The notes under the pieces are model-generated. The model ran no database searches, had not been told where the DNA came from, and saw nothing but the letters and a program-made list of their open reading frames with translations. DNA of 63,996 nucleotides, the filler included, from Octopus bimaculoides (Eukaryota), in the NCBI RefSeq assembly GCF_001194135.2. It is 6 parts of 6 records of this genome, joined end to end, with 100 filler letters (N's around TTAATTAATTAA, not from the genome) between each part and the next. Parts side by side here need not be neighbours in the genome. Positions count along the whole stretch, not along the records: positions 1 to 31,488 come from NC_068991.1; 5 more parts are not named here. One strand, given 5' to 3'. Below, piece by piece: positions 1 to 13,167 of this stretch; position 1 is the stretch's first letter, and every line of letters starts with the position of its first letter. The translations under genes were made by a program, and so were the position numbers.

Positions 1-354
1 ATTGTCATAGGTGCCCTGGGAATGACAGCGAAACGGGCTGATTACTACTTAGATCAGATTCCAGGAAACCCCAAAATGGCTGAAGTTCAAAAGATAGTGC
101 TCATGGGAACTGCCCATATCCTACGTAAAATACTGTCTATGTGATCTCAAATTTTAAAGCAAACACATAATTTTCTTATGGTTTCTTAAACATTCACTTG
201 AACAAAACTGTACAAATCCAAATATATGGTACCCTAGGCATAACACCTACATGAACTTCTAACTTGTTGTCTCTTGAGGTCTCTGGGTGAGACTTGGATC
301 CAACTTGTACAAATGCAAAACAAAAGACAAACATAAAATAATAATAATAATAAT
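1..354 (+). mobile_element. 3' end of an R4/Dong-clade non-LTR retrotransposon (REL C-terminus, 3' UTR, (TAA)n tail)
   Basis: Frame 1 reads IVIGALGMTAKRADYYLDQIPGNPKMAEVQKIVLMGTAHILRKILSM* (1-144), followed by a UTR and a TAA tract at about 338-354. It is clearly homologous to 28860-29210 in this window. Confidence 0.9.
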
Positions 355-3300
355 GATTTCTTTTATTTGCCACCAAAGCGAAGGAGGAGGGGGACAATAC
401 ATATAATGGAATGATAAAATAAAATGTATACACGGTACATTAGAAGAAGGGAAATATACATAGTATATAACACTAGAAAAAGATCTTAAAAGATTGATCG
501 TGATAGGATTCCCCTGATTCAGGAGGACCTCTAGGGATGATCAAGGAAACCCCACCATCCATGATCGCCTTGAATGCCAAGGACGAGAGCCTACTCTAAC
601 TTCTTCCGACTCACAGGTCTACACTGAAAGTGGTACTCCTGCCATTTTCGCAATTTTCTCCCACCTTTTCATAAATTCTCTCGAGGACATACCCTCCCTC
701 TCCATCCTCACTTTTCTTTTCAAGTGAGGAATATTTCTGTCCTTATTCCTTTCACCAGATAACCTCTTTCGCCACAGCCACCAGACAAAGGAAAACTGCC
801 TTGCCAGTCCCATTAAAAGATTCGAACGACAGACGGGTCTGTCCCACACGCGACAGCAGCTGTTCGACATAACTCCACGAGTCGGCAATGCCCAGACACT
901 GAACGAGTGCATGCAGAACGGTTTCGTTGCTCTGCGAGTACCTCGGACAAGCCCGTCTGACAGCACATCCGTGTCTGTAGAGTTAATCTAGTAGCGGTAG
1001 CGCCTCCTGGTAGCGTCTGGCAGGCCAAAGACATCTGGAAATTATCCATAACAGTCCCCGACTGGAAAGTCCTCCAGAATAGACTTGCCAGTTCGTCTTC
1101 GTCGACGCCTAGCGTCTCCCTGAGGACGTCGTTGCACTTCCTCGCTACTAATCTTTTGTAAATCTCTAAAGTGGAAAATCCACCGATCCTATTGCCCACC
1201 TTGTAGAGGACAGCGAGTGTCTGACCACATTCTAAGTGCCAGGTGCCCAGTCTTGGCCTATCGTTTACTCAGGACTGCAGCTCCGTCAAGGAGACGAGCT
1301 ACGGAAAGGCGTGTCTCACAACCGGAACCCACACACGTTCAACTAGAAATTGCTGCAAGTGGCATAACCTGAGTGCGTGTCTGCGCATTAATATTTATAG
1401 CATGCCTAAGCTGCCACGCAAAGGAAGTTGGCAGCAGACCGACCGCCTGACAATTAGAACGCGTCCCTTCCACAAGAAAATAAACAGGATACGCTCCAAT
1501 CTAATCAAGCAGTAACTAGAGCAAGGCACAACGGTCAGACGATAAATAGTGACTGAGGTGAAGTAAGCATTCGCTACCTCGGCACGAGCTTTCAGGGACA
1601 ACTTTCTCTCTGCCCATTTCTCGGTAAGAGAGCTTACCCTGTTCATCACCTCTTCCCAATTCTTATCTACCTGGACGTCGGGACCAAACCGGACCCTGAA
1701 CAGTTTAACTGCTCCGTCAGTCCAGCGTCCGGTGACGCTGACCGACGGCATTGACCTGTCTCTCCTGGTGCCCAGTCGCAATCCCACCGACTTGTCGGCA
1801 TTGATTTTAGCCCCTGCAACTNNNNNNNNNNNNNNNNNNNNNNNNNNNNNNNNNNNNNNNNNNNNNNNNNNNNNNNNNNNNNNNNNNNNNNNNNNNNNNN
1901 NNNNNNNNNNNNNNNNNNNNNNNNNNNNNNNNNNNNNNNNNNNNNNNNNNNNNNNNNNNNNNNNNNNNNNNNNNNNNNNNNNNNNNNNNNNNNNNNNNNN
2001 NNNNNNNNNNNNNNNNNNNNNNNNNNNNNNNNNNNNNNNNNNNNNNNNNNNNNNNNNNNNNNNNNNNNNNNNNNNNNNNNNNNNNNNNNNNNNNNNNNNN
2101 NNNNNNNNNNNNNNNNNNNNNNNNNNNNNNNNNNNNNNNNNNNNNNNNNNNNNNNNNNNNNNNNNNNNNNNNNNNNNNNNNNNNNNNNNNNNNNNNNNNN
2201 NNNNNNNNNNNNNNNNNNNNNNNNNNNNNNNNNNNNNNNNNNNNNNNNNNNNNNNNNNNNNNNNNNNNNNNNNNNNTATAATCTCTGTCGTGGATAGACC
2301 TGCTCGGATTGCGCACGCTTGTGCCTCCTCGACCAGACTACCAGCGACAAGCGCCAACCTTTTCGCTAACATCTTGGCCAAAATCTTAAACTCTGTGTTT
2401 AGCAGACTTATGGGCCGAAAATTCCCTAACACGTCCTCATTGTCGATGTCCTTTCTCAGCAGTGTTACTTACACTCCGGCTAACAGCACTAGGGATTCTT
2501 CCGTTCTGCTGCCAGTTGCTGTAGACATCTGCCAAGAGGCTGCCAAACAAATCTGGCATGAAAACATAGAATTCGAAGGGCAGACCATCCAAACCAGGCG
2601 ATTTGCGACTTGTGCAATCGCTCATCGCATCTCGTATTTCAGAGGCTGTAATCGGTTTTTCGCAGAATCTCATGTCAGTCACCGAGAGCCGTGTTAGTTC
2701 GTCTAGGTACGAAGTAAAGTTCGCTACTGTCGTCGACGCTACCTTCTCGGAGCATCCGCACAAGTGCTGCTGGAAAACCGCACACATCTGATCAGAACCG
2801 AGTTGCACGCGTCCATCTCGATCCGTCAAATACTTGATCATGGTTTTGTTTTCAAGTCGCGTTTCTACCGTTTGGGCCCATCAGACGGCTTTATTTCCTT
2901 CGTGTTTTAGCGCACGGACCTTAGCTCTGACAACGCACCCTTCGTGTTTCACCCCCAAAGAAATGGTCAAGAGCCATTCTCGCCGCTAACACATCGGTTG
3001 CGATGCCTTTAGTAATAGCCTCTTCTAGTTTGCTAACTAGTTCTCCCTCTAATCTATTTCTTTCAATTGCTAACTCTTTGCTAAACGCTATCGATTTTAC
3101 TCTAATCTGTCTTCAGAGCGATCCACCACCGGTTGATGACGATAAACCCCGTCAAATGCCTCTTAACTAGTTCGCTAATCCGGTCCCTGTAGTCTTTGCG
3201 AGCCGGTAAGGACGCATTCAACTTCCAGTAACCGAGTCCCTATCTACTGGTCCTATCTAAATCGACTGAGCATATCACACATTTGTGATCTGTGTAGCCG

Positions 3301-5012
3301 ACCAATTTAAATTGTGGACAACCAGTGCTATCACTATCCTCTGATCTAACAAATAATCTATCTAAATACTATCTGGATGACCCACTCTGATTGCTTCTTG
3401 TCGACACGTGTCAGAAAGATGGAAAGTCCTGAGCAGGTTTTCGTGGCTTTTACACCCACTTCTACTATGTACTAAATCCTCACAGTCCTTCCGTGCGTCC
3501 AAAATACTAATCCAGTCCCCCACTAGTACTAAAGTGCAAGATGTTCCTAAGAATGTTTCTAGACGCCCGAAGAAGTCTGGCCTTCCAGTCCCTGTTGAGG
3601 AATAAACCGCCACTCGTCTAAAGGCGCCATCTTCGCTGTCGTTCACGTCCAGGACCATCATCCTACCATCCGGGTCCAGGAAGATAGGCGTACTTGGAGA
3701 ACTGAGGATTTTCAGAGTAACACTGCTACACTACACTTAACTAGTTGAGCATGTCCCGTAGTGTCTGACGATATGTGCATCTCTGATCACGAAGAGAAGT
3801 AGTGGAGGTGCATCATAGCCATGTGTTAAGAGGATTTCTTTGGTGTTTGAATAGTTCACCTCTAGAAACATGGGTGTTTCATTCATTATCCACTGCTACA
3901 CCGCAACCCGCTCCCGATAGACCAGAAGATGAGAATACCTCGTAGTCCTCGAAAATGGATGCTAGAGAGTGTTTTCCGGAGATCCTTGTTTCACTAAGGG
4001 CAGCCACTTTTAAAAGTACCGGCGAACACGTTTTAAAAGGCCCTTCTAACAGCTTTTTATCAATAGATTCTTTTTTTTAATCCCCACACTTCCTGGGAAT
4101 TTTTCCATCACAGTTTTATAAACTTCTGACGACGTTTTAAATCAGGGTCTATCCTTGACGGTTTTAAGGATGAAATCCTCAAATTCTTTTCCCTCTGTCT
4201 CTGTACTTTTTATCTTGATTTACAAAACCCATCAATTCACTGTTACACTTGTTCATAATAGTGAAATAGTTGGATACATTTGGTCTAGAGTCTGATGGAT
4301 ATTTTTGAAGTTCTGTAATCGGTTGTTTCTCGGTTTCTTTAATTTCATGATGTTGATGATGTTGCTGTTTTCGATGTTGTTGATTTCGTTCTTGCTATTT
4401 TTGCTGAAGTGGTTGTGAATTGTATTTCAGTTATAGATTTCTTGGAGTAGCGCTATGTACTCTCCTCCTCTTCCGCCTACCCGCTTTCGTTACTGTGAAC
4501 CATTGATCGTTTAGCTCTTCTTTCTCCATGTCATTCCAGTTGATATTGGTTTGGGAGGAAGAGCATTCAGGAGAAACTTGCTTTTCCGTAGGCTCTTTCG
4601 TTGTCTTGGTTTGGCAGTGGGTGTGGGCGAGGGTGTGGGCGAGGGTGTGGGAGGAGGTGTAGGAGTCTTGAGCACTCGTTTATGATTTTGGACTTGTGGT
4701 ATTTGTAATGTTGGCAGATCCACATTTGTGAAATCTTGGCTTTCTACCCTCCATGAACACTGACAGGTGAGTTCCACCCGGCAGATCGTTTAGATCGGGC
4801 AGCTGGTCGATATGGTCCTGCTTGCATTGCAAGGTCAGTTCCATACCTATACCTAACCAGTTTTACTTAGGTAGTTTCTTGAGCTCCAATTTTGTGGCTT
4901 CATATTTTTCTAAACTTGCCAAGACGGCCGCCACTAACCAGGTAATGGATATTTCTGATGGCACATTCAGCACCCTAATCTTGGCAAGGCGTTGGCTGCG
5001 ATAGCTAAGTAT
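355..5012 (-). mobile_element. Tx1/L1-like LINE, degraded (partial ORF1; ORF2 with APE, RT and C-terminal Cys/His motif; 3' tail)
   Basis: ORF1 pieces AKIRVLNVPSEISITWLVAAV and VFMEGRKPRFHKCG; APE pieces LSETRI, DPDGRMMVLDV, LVLVGDW; RT pieces KSPGLDGLP, NFRPISLLNTEFKILAK, GAKINADKS; CPR..ETVLHALVQC near the 3' end; tail ...GGTGGCAAATAAAAGAAATC. Many stops and frameshifts. The YADD region falls in the gap 1822-2276. Confidence 0.9.
3732..3890. mobile_element. 159-bp insertion with an 11-bp target-site duplication inside the Tx1-like APE domain
   Basis: CACTGCTACAC occurs at 3721-3731 and 3891-3901. Removing the insert rejoins the APE sequence (SGAGCGVAVLL). The insert is probably a 5'-truncated LINE/SINE tail; family not established. 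Confidence 0.8.
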
Positions 5013-6740
5013 TATGAAAACGTTGTCATTCTTCAAAGCGCTTAGTTTTATATAAGCTAAGTATGAATTTATAGAGATACAAAGATTAGCTTAATTTTTT
5101 ATGAATAAATAAAGGCTAATTATAAATTAATAAAGAAATGAAATAAAGTAATCAATTAGGGCAGAATACCATAGAAATAAAATAGCTTAATTACTAATGT
5201 TATAGTAAAGCATATTTAGCTTATTAACACCAATAGAGTTAATATTAGATTGCAGTTATTATAGCTACAAGCTAATTAAGTAAACAATTTTGATTTTAGA
5301 TACTTGAATTATTACATATTTTATGTAAATATTCTCTATTGAAGTTACTAAGTCGTATATATACTTCATCATGATTCTAGTGATTAGGCTATTTTATATC
5401 CTTTTTCTATGGTGTTTCTACCCTCCCTCTATTGTGGTAAAAAGTTTGGCATGTACTCAAAAGTATCCGTAAATTTCTTTCCTTTTGTTTATATATTCTC
5501 TTTAATAACCCTCTGAATAGCCATAAACTTTATTTGTATACAATATATCAACATTGTTTTAAAACATTTAACTATAGTACTACATGATAAGACTTCCTCT
5601 GTTTCATTATCAATGGTCTGCTAGTGTCAGCCAACATCTTGTTTTAACTTGTCAGTCAACATCTTGTTTTAAGTTTTCCTTTATCAGACCTCATGATTTT
5701 TATGACTATACCAACAATGATTTCTGTCTGCTCTCTCAACCCTACCCCTAACAGATAATGCCCTTTAATTTCTCAACCTTAGATACACAAGGTTTGATAA
5801 ACTAGTCTATAAATTAAAACTGACCCCATTAAAAAACAAATAAAATCAGTGGCAGGTAGGGTCTTCTTCACAATTTATTTATTGACTTCTATNNNNNNNN
5901 NNNNNNNNNNNNNNNNNNNNNNNNNNNNNNNNNNNNNNNNNNNNNNNNNNNNNNNNNNNNNNNNNNNNNNNNNNNNNNNNNNNNNNNNNNNNNNNNNNNN
6001 NNNNNNNNNNNNNNNNNNNNNNNNNNNNNNNNNNNNNNNNNNNNNNNNNNNNNNNNNNNNNNNNNNNNNNNNNNNNNNNNNNNNNNNNNNNNNNNNNNNN
6101 NNNNNNNNNNNNNNNNNNNNNNNNNNNNNNNNNNNNNNNNNNNNNNNNNNNNNNNNNNNNNNNNNNNNNNNNNNNNNNNNNNNNNNNNNNNNNNNNNNNN
6201 NNNNNNNNNNNNNNNNNNNNNNNNNNNNNNNNNNNNNNNNNNNNNNNNNNNNNNNNNNNNNNNNNNNNNNNNNNNNNNNNNNNNNNNNNNNNNNNNNNNN
6301 NNNNNNNNNNNNNNNNNNNNNNNNNNNNNNNNNNNNNNNNNNNNNNNNNNNNNNNNNNNNNNNNNNNNNNNNNNNNNNNNNNNNNNNNNNNNNNNNNNNN
6401 NNNNNNNNNNNNNNNNNNNNNNNNNNNNNNNNNNNNNNNNNNNNNNNNNNNNNNNNNNNNNNNNNNNNNNNNNNNNNNNNNNNNNNNNNNNNNNNNNNNN
6501 NNNNNNNNNNNNNNNNNNNNNNNNNNNNNNNNNNNNNNNNNNNNNNNNNNNNNNNNNNNNNNNNNNNNNNNNNNNNNNNNNNNNNNNNNNNNNNNNNNNN
6601 NNNNNNNNNNNNNNNNNNNNNNNNNNNNNNNNNNNNNNNNNNNNNNNNNNNNNNNNNNNNNNNNNNNNNNNNNNNNNNNNNNNNNNNNNNNNNNNNNNNN
6701 NNNNNNNNNNNNNNNNNNNNNNNNNNNNNNNNNNNNNNNN

Positions 6741-7790
6741 CTTGTACGAATACAAGTTACGCCACTCTGCCACCGAAGCTCTACGAAACACTAAGCGGGC
6801 TTTTGGTAACGATTCTGTTGACATCAGAACTGTTCAGAGATGGTTCCAAAGATTTCGTTCAGGAAATGAAAGCCTTATAAATGAACCAAGAGGAAGACCA
6901 AAATCAATTATTCAGTATGATGAATTGAATGCTTTAGTTAAACGAAATCCGAGAACAACGGTCCGAAAAATCGGTTCAGAGCTTCAGACATCTCCCGCAA
7001 CTGCTTCTCGACACTTGAAGAAAATTGGAAAAGTCAGAAAGATGGATAGGTTTGTTCCCCATCAACTGAATGACATTCAAAGAAACAGACGCCTTACAGT
7101 GTGTTCCATGTTGATTTTTCGGTTGGAAAGAGAAGCATTTTTGTATCGACTCATTACGTGTGATGAGAAATGGATACTCTTTGATAACAGCAGGAGGACA
7201 GGACAGTGGTTAAATGCAGAAGAATTACCAAAACTCTACCCCAAACCACCGTTGCACCCTGAAAAGATGATGGTCACTGTTTGGTGATCAACAAAGGGGG
7301 TTATTCATTATTCGTTTTTGCAACAAGGAAAAACTATAACAGCAACATCCTATTATCAGGAAATTGATTGTATGTATGAAAATTTTAAAAAAGAAGCAAC
7401 CCAGATTAGTTAATAGAGATTGCCCAATTTTGCTTCATGATAATGCACCACCTCACACTTCTCAGGCTACGGTCCAAAAGATGCAAAACCTGAATTATGA
7501 AATTTTAGCACATCTTCCTTATTCTCCTGATATCTCTCTTACTGATTATCACATATTTAAACACATATTTAAATAAAGAAGAGGTAACTGAAGCATTCGA
7601 ACAGTTTATCAGTGTAAAAGATGACAAATTCTTTGGAGATGGAATAAATGCGTCAGAGGAACGTTGGATGAAGGTCATAAATGAACAAAGATCATATTTT
7701 GATTAAATAAATAAATATTCTAAGATTAGAAAAAAAAAACAATTTTAATGTTTCCTTTTTCAAATGTGACATTTCACGTGAGACACCATA
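6741..7790 (+). mobile_element. Mariner (DD34D) DNA transposon, inactivated; right terminal repeat present, left end probably in the gap
   Basis: HTH region (RTVQRWFQRFRSG), FVPHQL (WVPHEL-like), TCDEKW, HDNA-34 residues-YSPDISLTD. Stop at about 7287, frameshift at about 7370. Ends ...ATTTCACGTGAGACACCA followed by TA at 7789-7790. Confidence 0.93.
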
Positions 7791-8769
7791 ATATATATAT
7801 ATATATATANNNNNNNNNNNNNNNNNNNNNNNNNNNNNNNNNNNNNNNNNNNNNNNNNNNNNNNNNNNNNNNNNNNNNNNNNNNNNNNNNNNNNNNNNNN
7901 NNNNNNNNNNNNNNNNNNNNNNNNNNNNNNNNNNNNNNNNNNNNNNNNNNNNNNNNNNNNNNNNNNNNNNNNNNNNNNNNNNNNNNNNNNNNNNNNNNNN
8001 NNNNNNNNNNNNNNNNNNNNNNNNNNNNNNNNNNNNNNNNNNNNNNNNNNNNNNNNNNNNNNNNNNNNNNNNNNNNNNNNNNNNNNNNNNNNNNNNNNNN
8101 NNNNNNNNNNNNNNNNNNNNNNNNNNNNNNNNNNNNNNNNNNNNNNNNNNNNNNNNNNNNNNNNNNNNNNNNNNNNNNNNNNNNNNNNNNNNNNNNNNNN
8201 NNNNNNNNNNNNNNNNNNNNNNNNNNNNNNNNNNNNNNNNNNNNNNNNNNNNNNNNNNNNNNNNNNNNNNNNNNNNNNNNNNNNNNNNNNNNNNNNNNNN
8301 NNNNNNNNNNNNNNNNNNNNNNNNNNNNNNNNNNNNNNNNNNNNNNNNNNNNNNNNNNNNNNNNNNNNNNNNNNNNNNNNNNNNNNNNNNNNNNNNNNNN
8401 NNNNNNNNNNNNNNNNNNNNNNNNNNNNNNNNNNNNNNNNNNNNNNNNNNNNNNNNNNNNNNNNNNNNNNNNNNNNNNNNNNNNNNNNNNNNNNNNNNNN
8501 NNNNNNNNNNNNNNNNNNNNNNNNNNNNNNNNNNNNNNNNNNNNGAAAGATATGACATACGTGTGTATATGTGAGTGTATATACACAAACATACATTATG
8601 TGGGTAATATTTTCAACCAAGACATTGCATCTTATTCTTCAAGTGTCTCAATTCTTTGTGTGTACATATATTTACTAAATTATGACAATTATTAATAGTT
8701 TTCCTCATTGTGCCATTTTCTCTCATTAATAAAACTGTCGGCATTTTTGCCGAGGCGGGAATACTAGTG

Positions 8770-8771
<2 letters not shown>

Positions 8772-8829
<58 letters not shown>
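8772..8829. repeat. (TAA)n microsatellite
   Basis: Direct reading of the sequence. Confidence 0.97.
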
Positions 8830-8832
<3 letters not shown>

Positions 8833-9290
8833 ATATAATCAATATTTCCTGTATGTTTCCTATGATACATAGAACATATTTCTCTACATCCATGCACATC
8901 ATAAACAACGCACATTCCCAATTTTTTCTAAGTACTTGATACTTATAAAAGGAAAGCTTTATATTACTCATAAGATATGAAATAAGGACTAACTAAAAGT
9001 CTGAAAACAAGTATGAACGTTTGGAACAAACTTATGAAAATGCTTTGGATAAGGAAATAGATAAGGTCTAGTTCGGGAGATAATTATTAATGGTGCCTAC
9101 CGCATTTCTTTGTCACAAAAAAAATCATGTTTGAATATACACAATGAACAAAACAAGATACTTACACAGAAAGTATGGCTCCCTGTGGTAGCTTTGGAGA
9201 TTCACAGTAAATATGATAATAAGACTTCAATAACAATGACAACAGTATAAAGCTAAAGCAACGATACTCTCCACATAATAAGTTAAAGCA

Positions 9291-9291
<1 letters not shown>

Positions 9292-9339
<48 letters not shown>

Positions 9340-9425
9340 TGTGCGTGCTTGTATGTGCGTGTGTGCGTGTGTGTATGTGCGTGTGTGTGCGTGTGTGTGT
9401 GTGTGTGTGTTTGTGTGTGTGCGTG
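9292..9425. repeat. Compound (TA)n/(TG)n microsatellite
   Basis: Direct reading. It explains the H/T-rich spurious ORFs here. Confidence 0.95.
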
Positions 9426-10965
9426 AGCACATGAATTTATACACTCGTACACACCCATATACTTAATACGATCCGACAATGTAATTAGCACTAACATCCG
9501 TGAATTACAGTTGCGTGTTTTCCGTGATACTTGTTTCGAATATCCTGCTATGCTAAAGAATAATACATTGTTATATCAAAGCACAATAACAAGGTGAAGT
9601 CGTCCAATTTAACAACTTAAAGATATCTAACGAGTGATCCTCTACACGGTTACTAATCTGCGAGTAATTGCAACTAGATCACCTTCAAATCACATCTTAC
9701 TGTATTAAATAATTCTATACTGAACAATGTAGATCGCAATGTACAGCAGATCGAGAAAAAAGGCTATATCCCACTGATACCTGTCAGAGAAGAACTGACA
9801 ATACATCAAGATAAATACACTTTAACATGTAGAAAGACCACCATATAACAAATAAATAGCTAGACATCATTTTCCACCAGGTACATTACGATAGTGTAGT
9901 TATAATCGACATAGGATACAGACATTGCTGTGTGATTATCTGGTCGATAACTGATTAAGAATTAGGGACCTTCTGTGTCTGTCTTCTGTCCGTTTGTGCA
10001 CTCAATATGCATTATGTCTTTTACATTTCGTTTGTGTGCTTACTATATACATTTTTTCACCTATTAAGTAACGGAACGAAACGCCGTCTGCCTTTTATTA
10101 ACAGTAAGTTATTTATATAGACGTACGTCCCTTTTCCTAGCCTTTTCCCTTGCTCCCTTTTCTCTCTATATATATGCGTATACACTTCTTACAAACGATC
10201 TTATCTTAGGTTCAAATTACCTGCAAGGCAATGTATATAGTTTGGCATACATATGCTCACACATATATTTTTACATACATTTTAACTATTTTTAAATAGT
10301 TCCTAAATCCATATCCAACGTTTCTAGACCTCCAGAGTCTCATTCCCAAGAATTGAACAGAAAATGTTTGCCGTATGAGTTGTTCCTTATATATTAATTG
10401 AACTGGGGTAGACTTTCTCGACAAGTGTTATTTGATCATTGGCATATATTCTATACGTAAATGACAAATAAGGAGATATGATATATTTCATGATTATCAA
10501 TGAAGAATGATATATCATTTAGTAGTGTGTATTCTTTGATTATAAAGAATTAACACTAAATGATTGAATTTTTGAGATCATACCGGTCTGAAAAAAAATG
10601 TGAGAGTGGATACCACATCCAGAAAAAGGAGAGAAAGAGCAGAAGTTGGAATAGAGTTTTTGCTAAATTCTTTAGCGCCCAAACATGGATGCAGAAAACA
10701 TTAAATCGTATTTGGTGTAGAGAAAATGGTGAGGCCTTCGTCTGGTAGTGGTCTCAACATGTGCCAGGATGATGATGTACTTTGCATAAGGTGATAACAT
10801 AATATAGCAATTCAGTTTTTAGGAGTGTTAGTTGTCTTCCCGAATACCTGATTTATACGAAAATAATTGTTAAAGAAATAGATAAAATATATTATATATA
10901 TATTCTTTTACAAGAAGAGGTTAATAGTGATTTCGGAGTTTCAGCCTTCTAGCCTTTACACATAA

Positions 10966-11023
<58 letters not shown>

Positions 11024-11219
11024 CTTTCCCCGAATAAAGAGTAACATATGAAAAAGGAAAATAGAGTATATCAAAAATTGATTCATTAACGGAAATAATG
11101 TGAGGTCTTTATTATGGCGCTTGTTATGGAATTTTCGTGGGATAATATGAAAACGGTTTACCGTCCACTTCCTTCGTTTTATTTTCTGCAAGTCAACATC
11201 TTGCTGACGATAGTAAATT

Positions 11220-11392
11220 CTGAGGGTAAGATAAGTATATCAGTACTTGATTGGTGTTTCATTTTTGACGCGGAAACAATGAAATGCAAACCTGTACTCG
11301 GTGGGATTTGAACTCAGAGATTAGAAAGACCGAAAAAAACACTGCAATACATTCTGTTCGATGCTCTAAAATTTTTGCCAATTTGCCACCTT
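11220..11392 (-). mobile_element. tRNA-derived SINE family A, diverged copy
   Basis: Shares the core ...CTCGGYGGRATTTGAACTCAG (B-box GAGTTCAAAT on minus) with copies at 18676, 29211, 44805, 45030 and 57221. Confidence 0.7.
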
Positions 11393-11922
11393 GCCCACTT
11401 TGTCTAGATGTGTGTATGTGAGATTTCTGTTTCTCTGAGCATGTATGTATGGCGGACTCTCGCGTCGTATATGCTGGTGTTGTACGTTAGCTCACTCTCT
11501 CCATCCAAATCGACATTGCCTGTGCTGGTACACGGCGTACAACATATCAAATGTCGAAGTGATTGCAGAACAACGTGTAATGAAATGTTTTAATGTTTTA
11601 CTCAAGAACATAATGCACTGCCCGCCCCGAGCATAGTAGCCACGGTTTTGACTAACTACTAGGCCTCGTGCCTTTGTTCATGTACACTAAACGTATGTAT
11701 GTATGTATGTATGTATGTATGTCTTTACATATATGTTGCATGTGTATATACATATATATTTGTCTGTCTACACACACATATATATTGATGCGACCACCGA
11801 AAATACAAATTAATGTTATATCATTATCTCCCGAGCTGGGTTTTGAAACCGTATTCTGGCTGTTGAGGATAATGGTATTTCCTTTGTCTTGTGAACAAGT
11901 ACAGCTATTTTTAGCGTAGGAG

Positions 11923-12911
11923 TGATCGGTGACCCTTTCCGGTCACCAAAAGTTCAGAAAAACAAGTGAGGAATTGTACTAGACTGACCCAGCTTTGGGA
12001 GGGGGTAAGGTAGCACTGTAAAGCTACGGTATTTGTGATAAACAAAGAATTGGCGCGAACAGTTGGCCGCAGCAGTTGGCATCAAGCAGTTGGCGAGGGG
12101 AGTTGGCATCAAGCAGTTGGCGTACGGAGTTAGTAACAGGCAGTCGAGTTGGGTACAGGCAGTTGGCCGAAGCAGTTGGCGTACGGAGTTGGGATCAAGC
12201 AGTTGGCGAAGGCAGTTGGCCAGGGAGTTGGATGAAGTGAAGATGTCCAGTAGTTGAATGAAGAACGAGAGCCAGTGAAGATGAAGAGTGATAAGTTTGA
12301 CAGAGAGAGGCCGAGAGAGAGGGCCTATGGTCAGCAGGTACGAGTAAGCAGAAATGCATAGAGTCTCAGAGAGAGAGGGACAGGGATGGAACTGTTGTGG
12401 CAGCCAAGAGATCGTAGTAGTCAGCTGGTCACTACTTTGTGGATTATAGTGAGAGTTTTGAAAGAAAGGAAATTATTACGGTAAAGGTTTGTGTAAATAT
12501 TCTTCCAAGAAAAATGTACTTGTCGTTACATGTGTTAAAAGAACTGTTAACTGTGATGTTAACTTAAAAGAGAAAAAAAGAAAGAACTTCGTTACATGTT
12601 GTTTAACTGAAAAGAAAACAAAGAAGTAAAAGAACTTTTAATGGACTTGATGTACGAACTCTTGCTTATGTAATGATTGTAAACCTTTGATTATGGTGCA
12701 TGCGCTATTGTTATATGCTATTGAATTTATTGTTACGCAATGTTATGCCATGTATTGATGATGTAATGTTTTGTTTGCTTGCTAAAAAGAAGAAAAAGTT
12801 AGTTCCGCTACCCAACGTATGGTCTCCGTGTTATTTCTTCCTCTTCCTTTTGCCTGTTGTCTTCGTTGCGTGCTCCGGCCGGGGCTTAGTCGTGGCGAAC
12901 ATCCCGACTCA
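11923..12911. mobile_element. Candidate solo LTR / LTR-like element with an internal GCAGTTGGC array
   Basis: Begins TG (TGATCGG) and ends CA (CCGACTCA) with an imperfect short terminal inverted repeat. About 1 kb, non-coding, with an internal short-motif array at 12060-12232. No convincing TSD, PBS or PPT found. Confidence 0.4.
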
Positions 12912-12977
12912 CTGAGCGTCGACGTTCGCGCGCGCNNNNNNNNNNGCTTCGCGTGCGGGCGTTCGTAACAATATGTA

Positions 12978-12986
<9 letters not shown>

Positions 12987-13018
<32 letters not shown>

Positions 13019-13080
13019 TGAGATAGGAGAGAGATGGAAGAAGAAGAAGAAGAAGAAGAAGAAGAAGCAGCAGCAGCAGC
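12987..13080. repeat. (TA)n, (GAA)n and (GCA)n microsatellites just downstream of the GPCR stop
   Basis: Direct reading of the sequence. Confidence 0.95.
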
Positions 13081-13167
13081 TGTGTATCTGTCAGGAATTT
13101 CTGTTACAGTTTCGTAACTTCTCGTATCCATACATATTTCTGACTGATGTGACCTATCCGTTTCGAT

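Noticed and set aside
5849-8695. Long ORFs of 270-345 aa in the ORF track (also at 1667-2697 and 50390-50719)
   Set aside because: They consist mostly of X translated from assembly gaps.
8738-8768. Helitron-like end (TCGGCA-TTTT-TGCCGA hairpin followed by CTAG)
   Set aside because: The signal is too short and no matching other end or second copy was found in the window.
8613-9497. Poly-Leu/Tyr/Ile, His-Thr, Val-Cys and Tyr-Ile ORFs here and throughout the window
   Set aside because: They are translations of (TAA)n, (CA)n, (TA)n and (TACA)n microsatellites with no domain signal.
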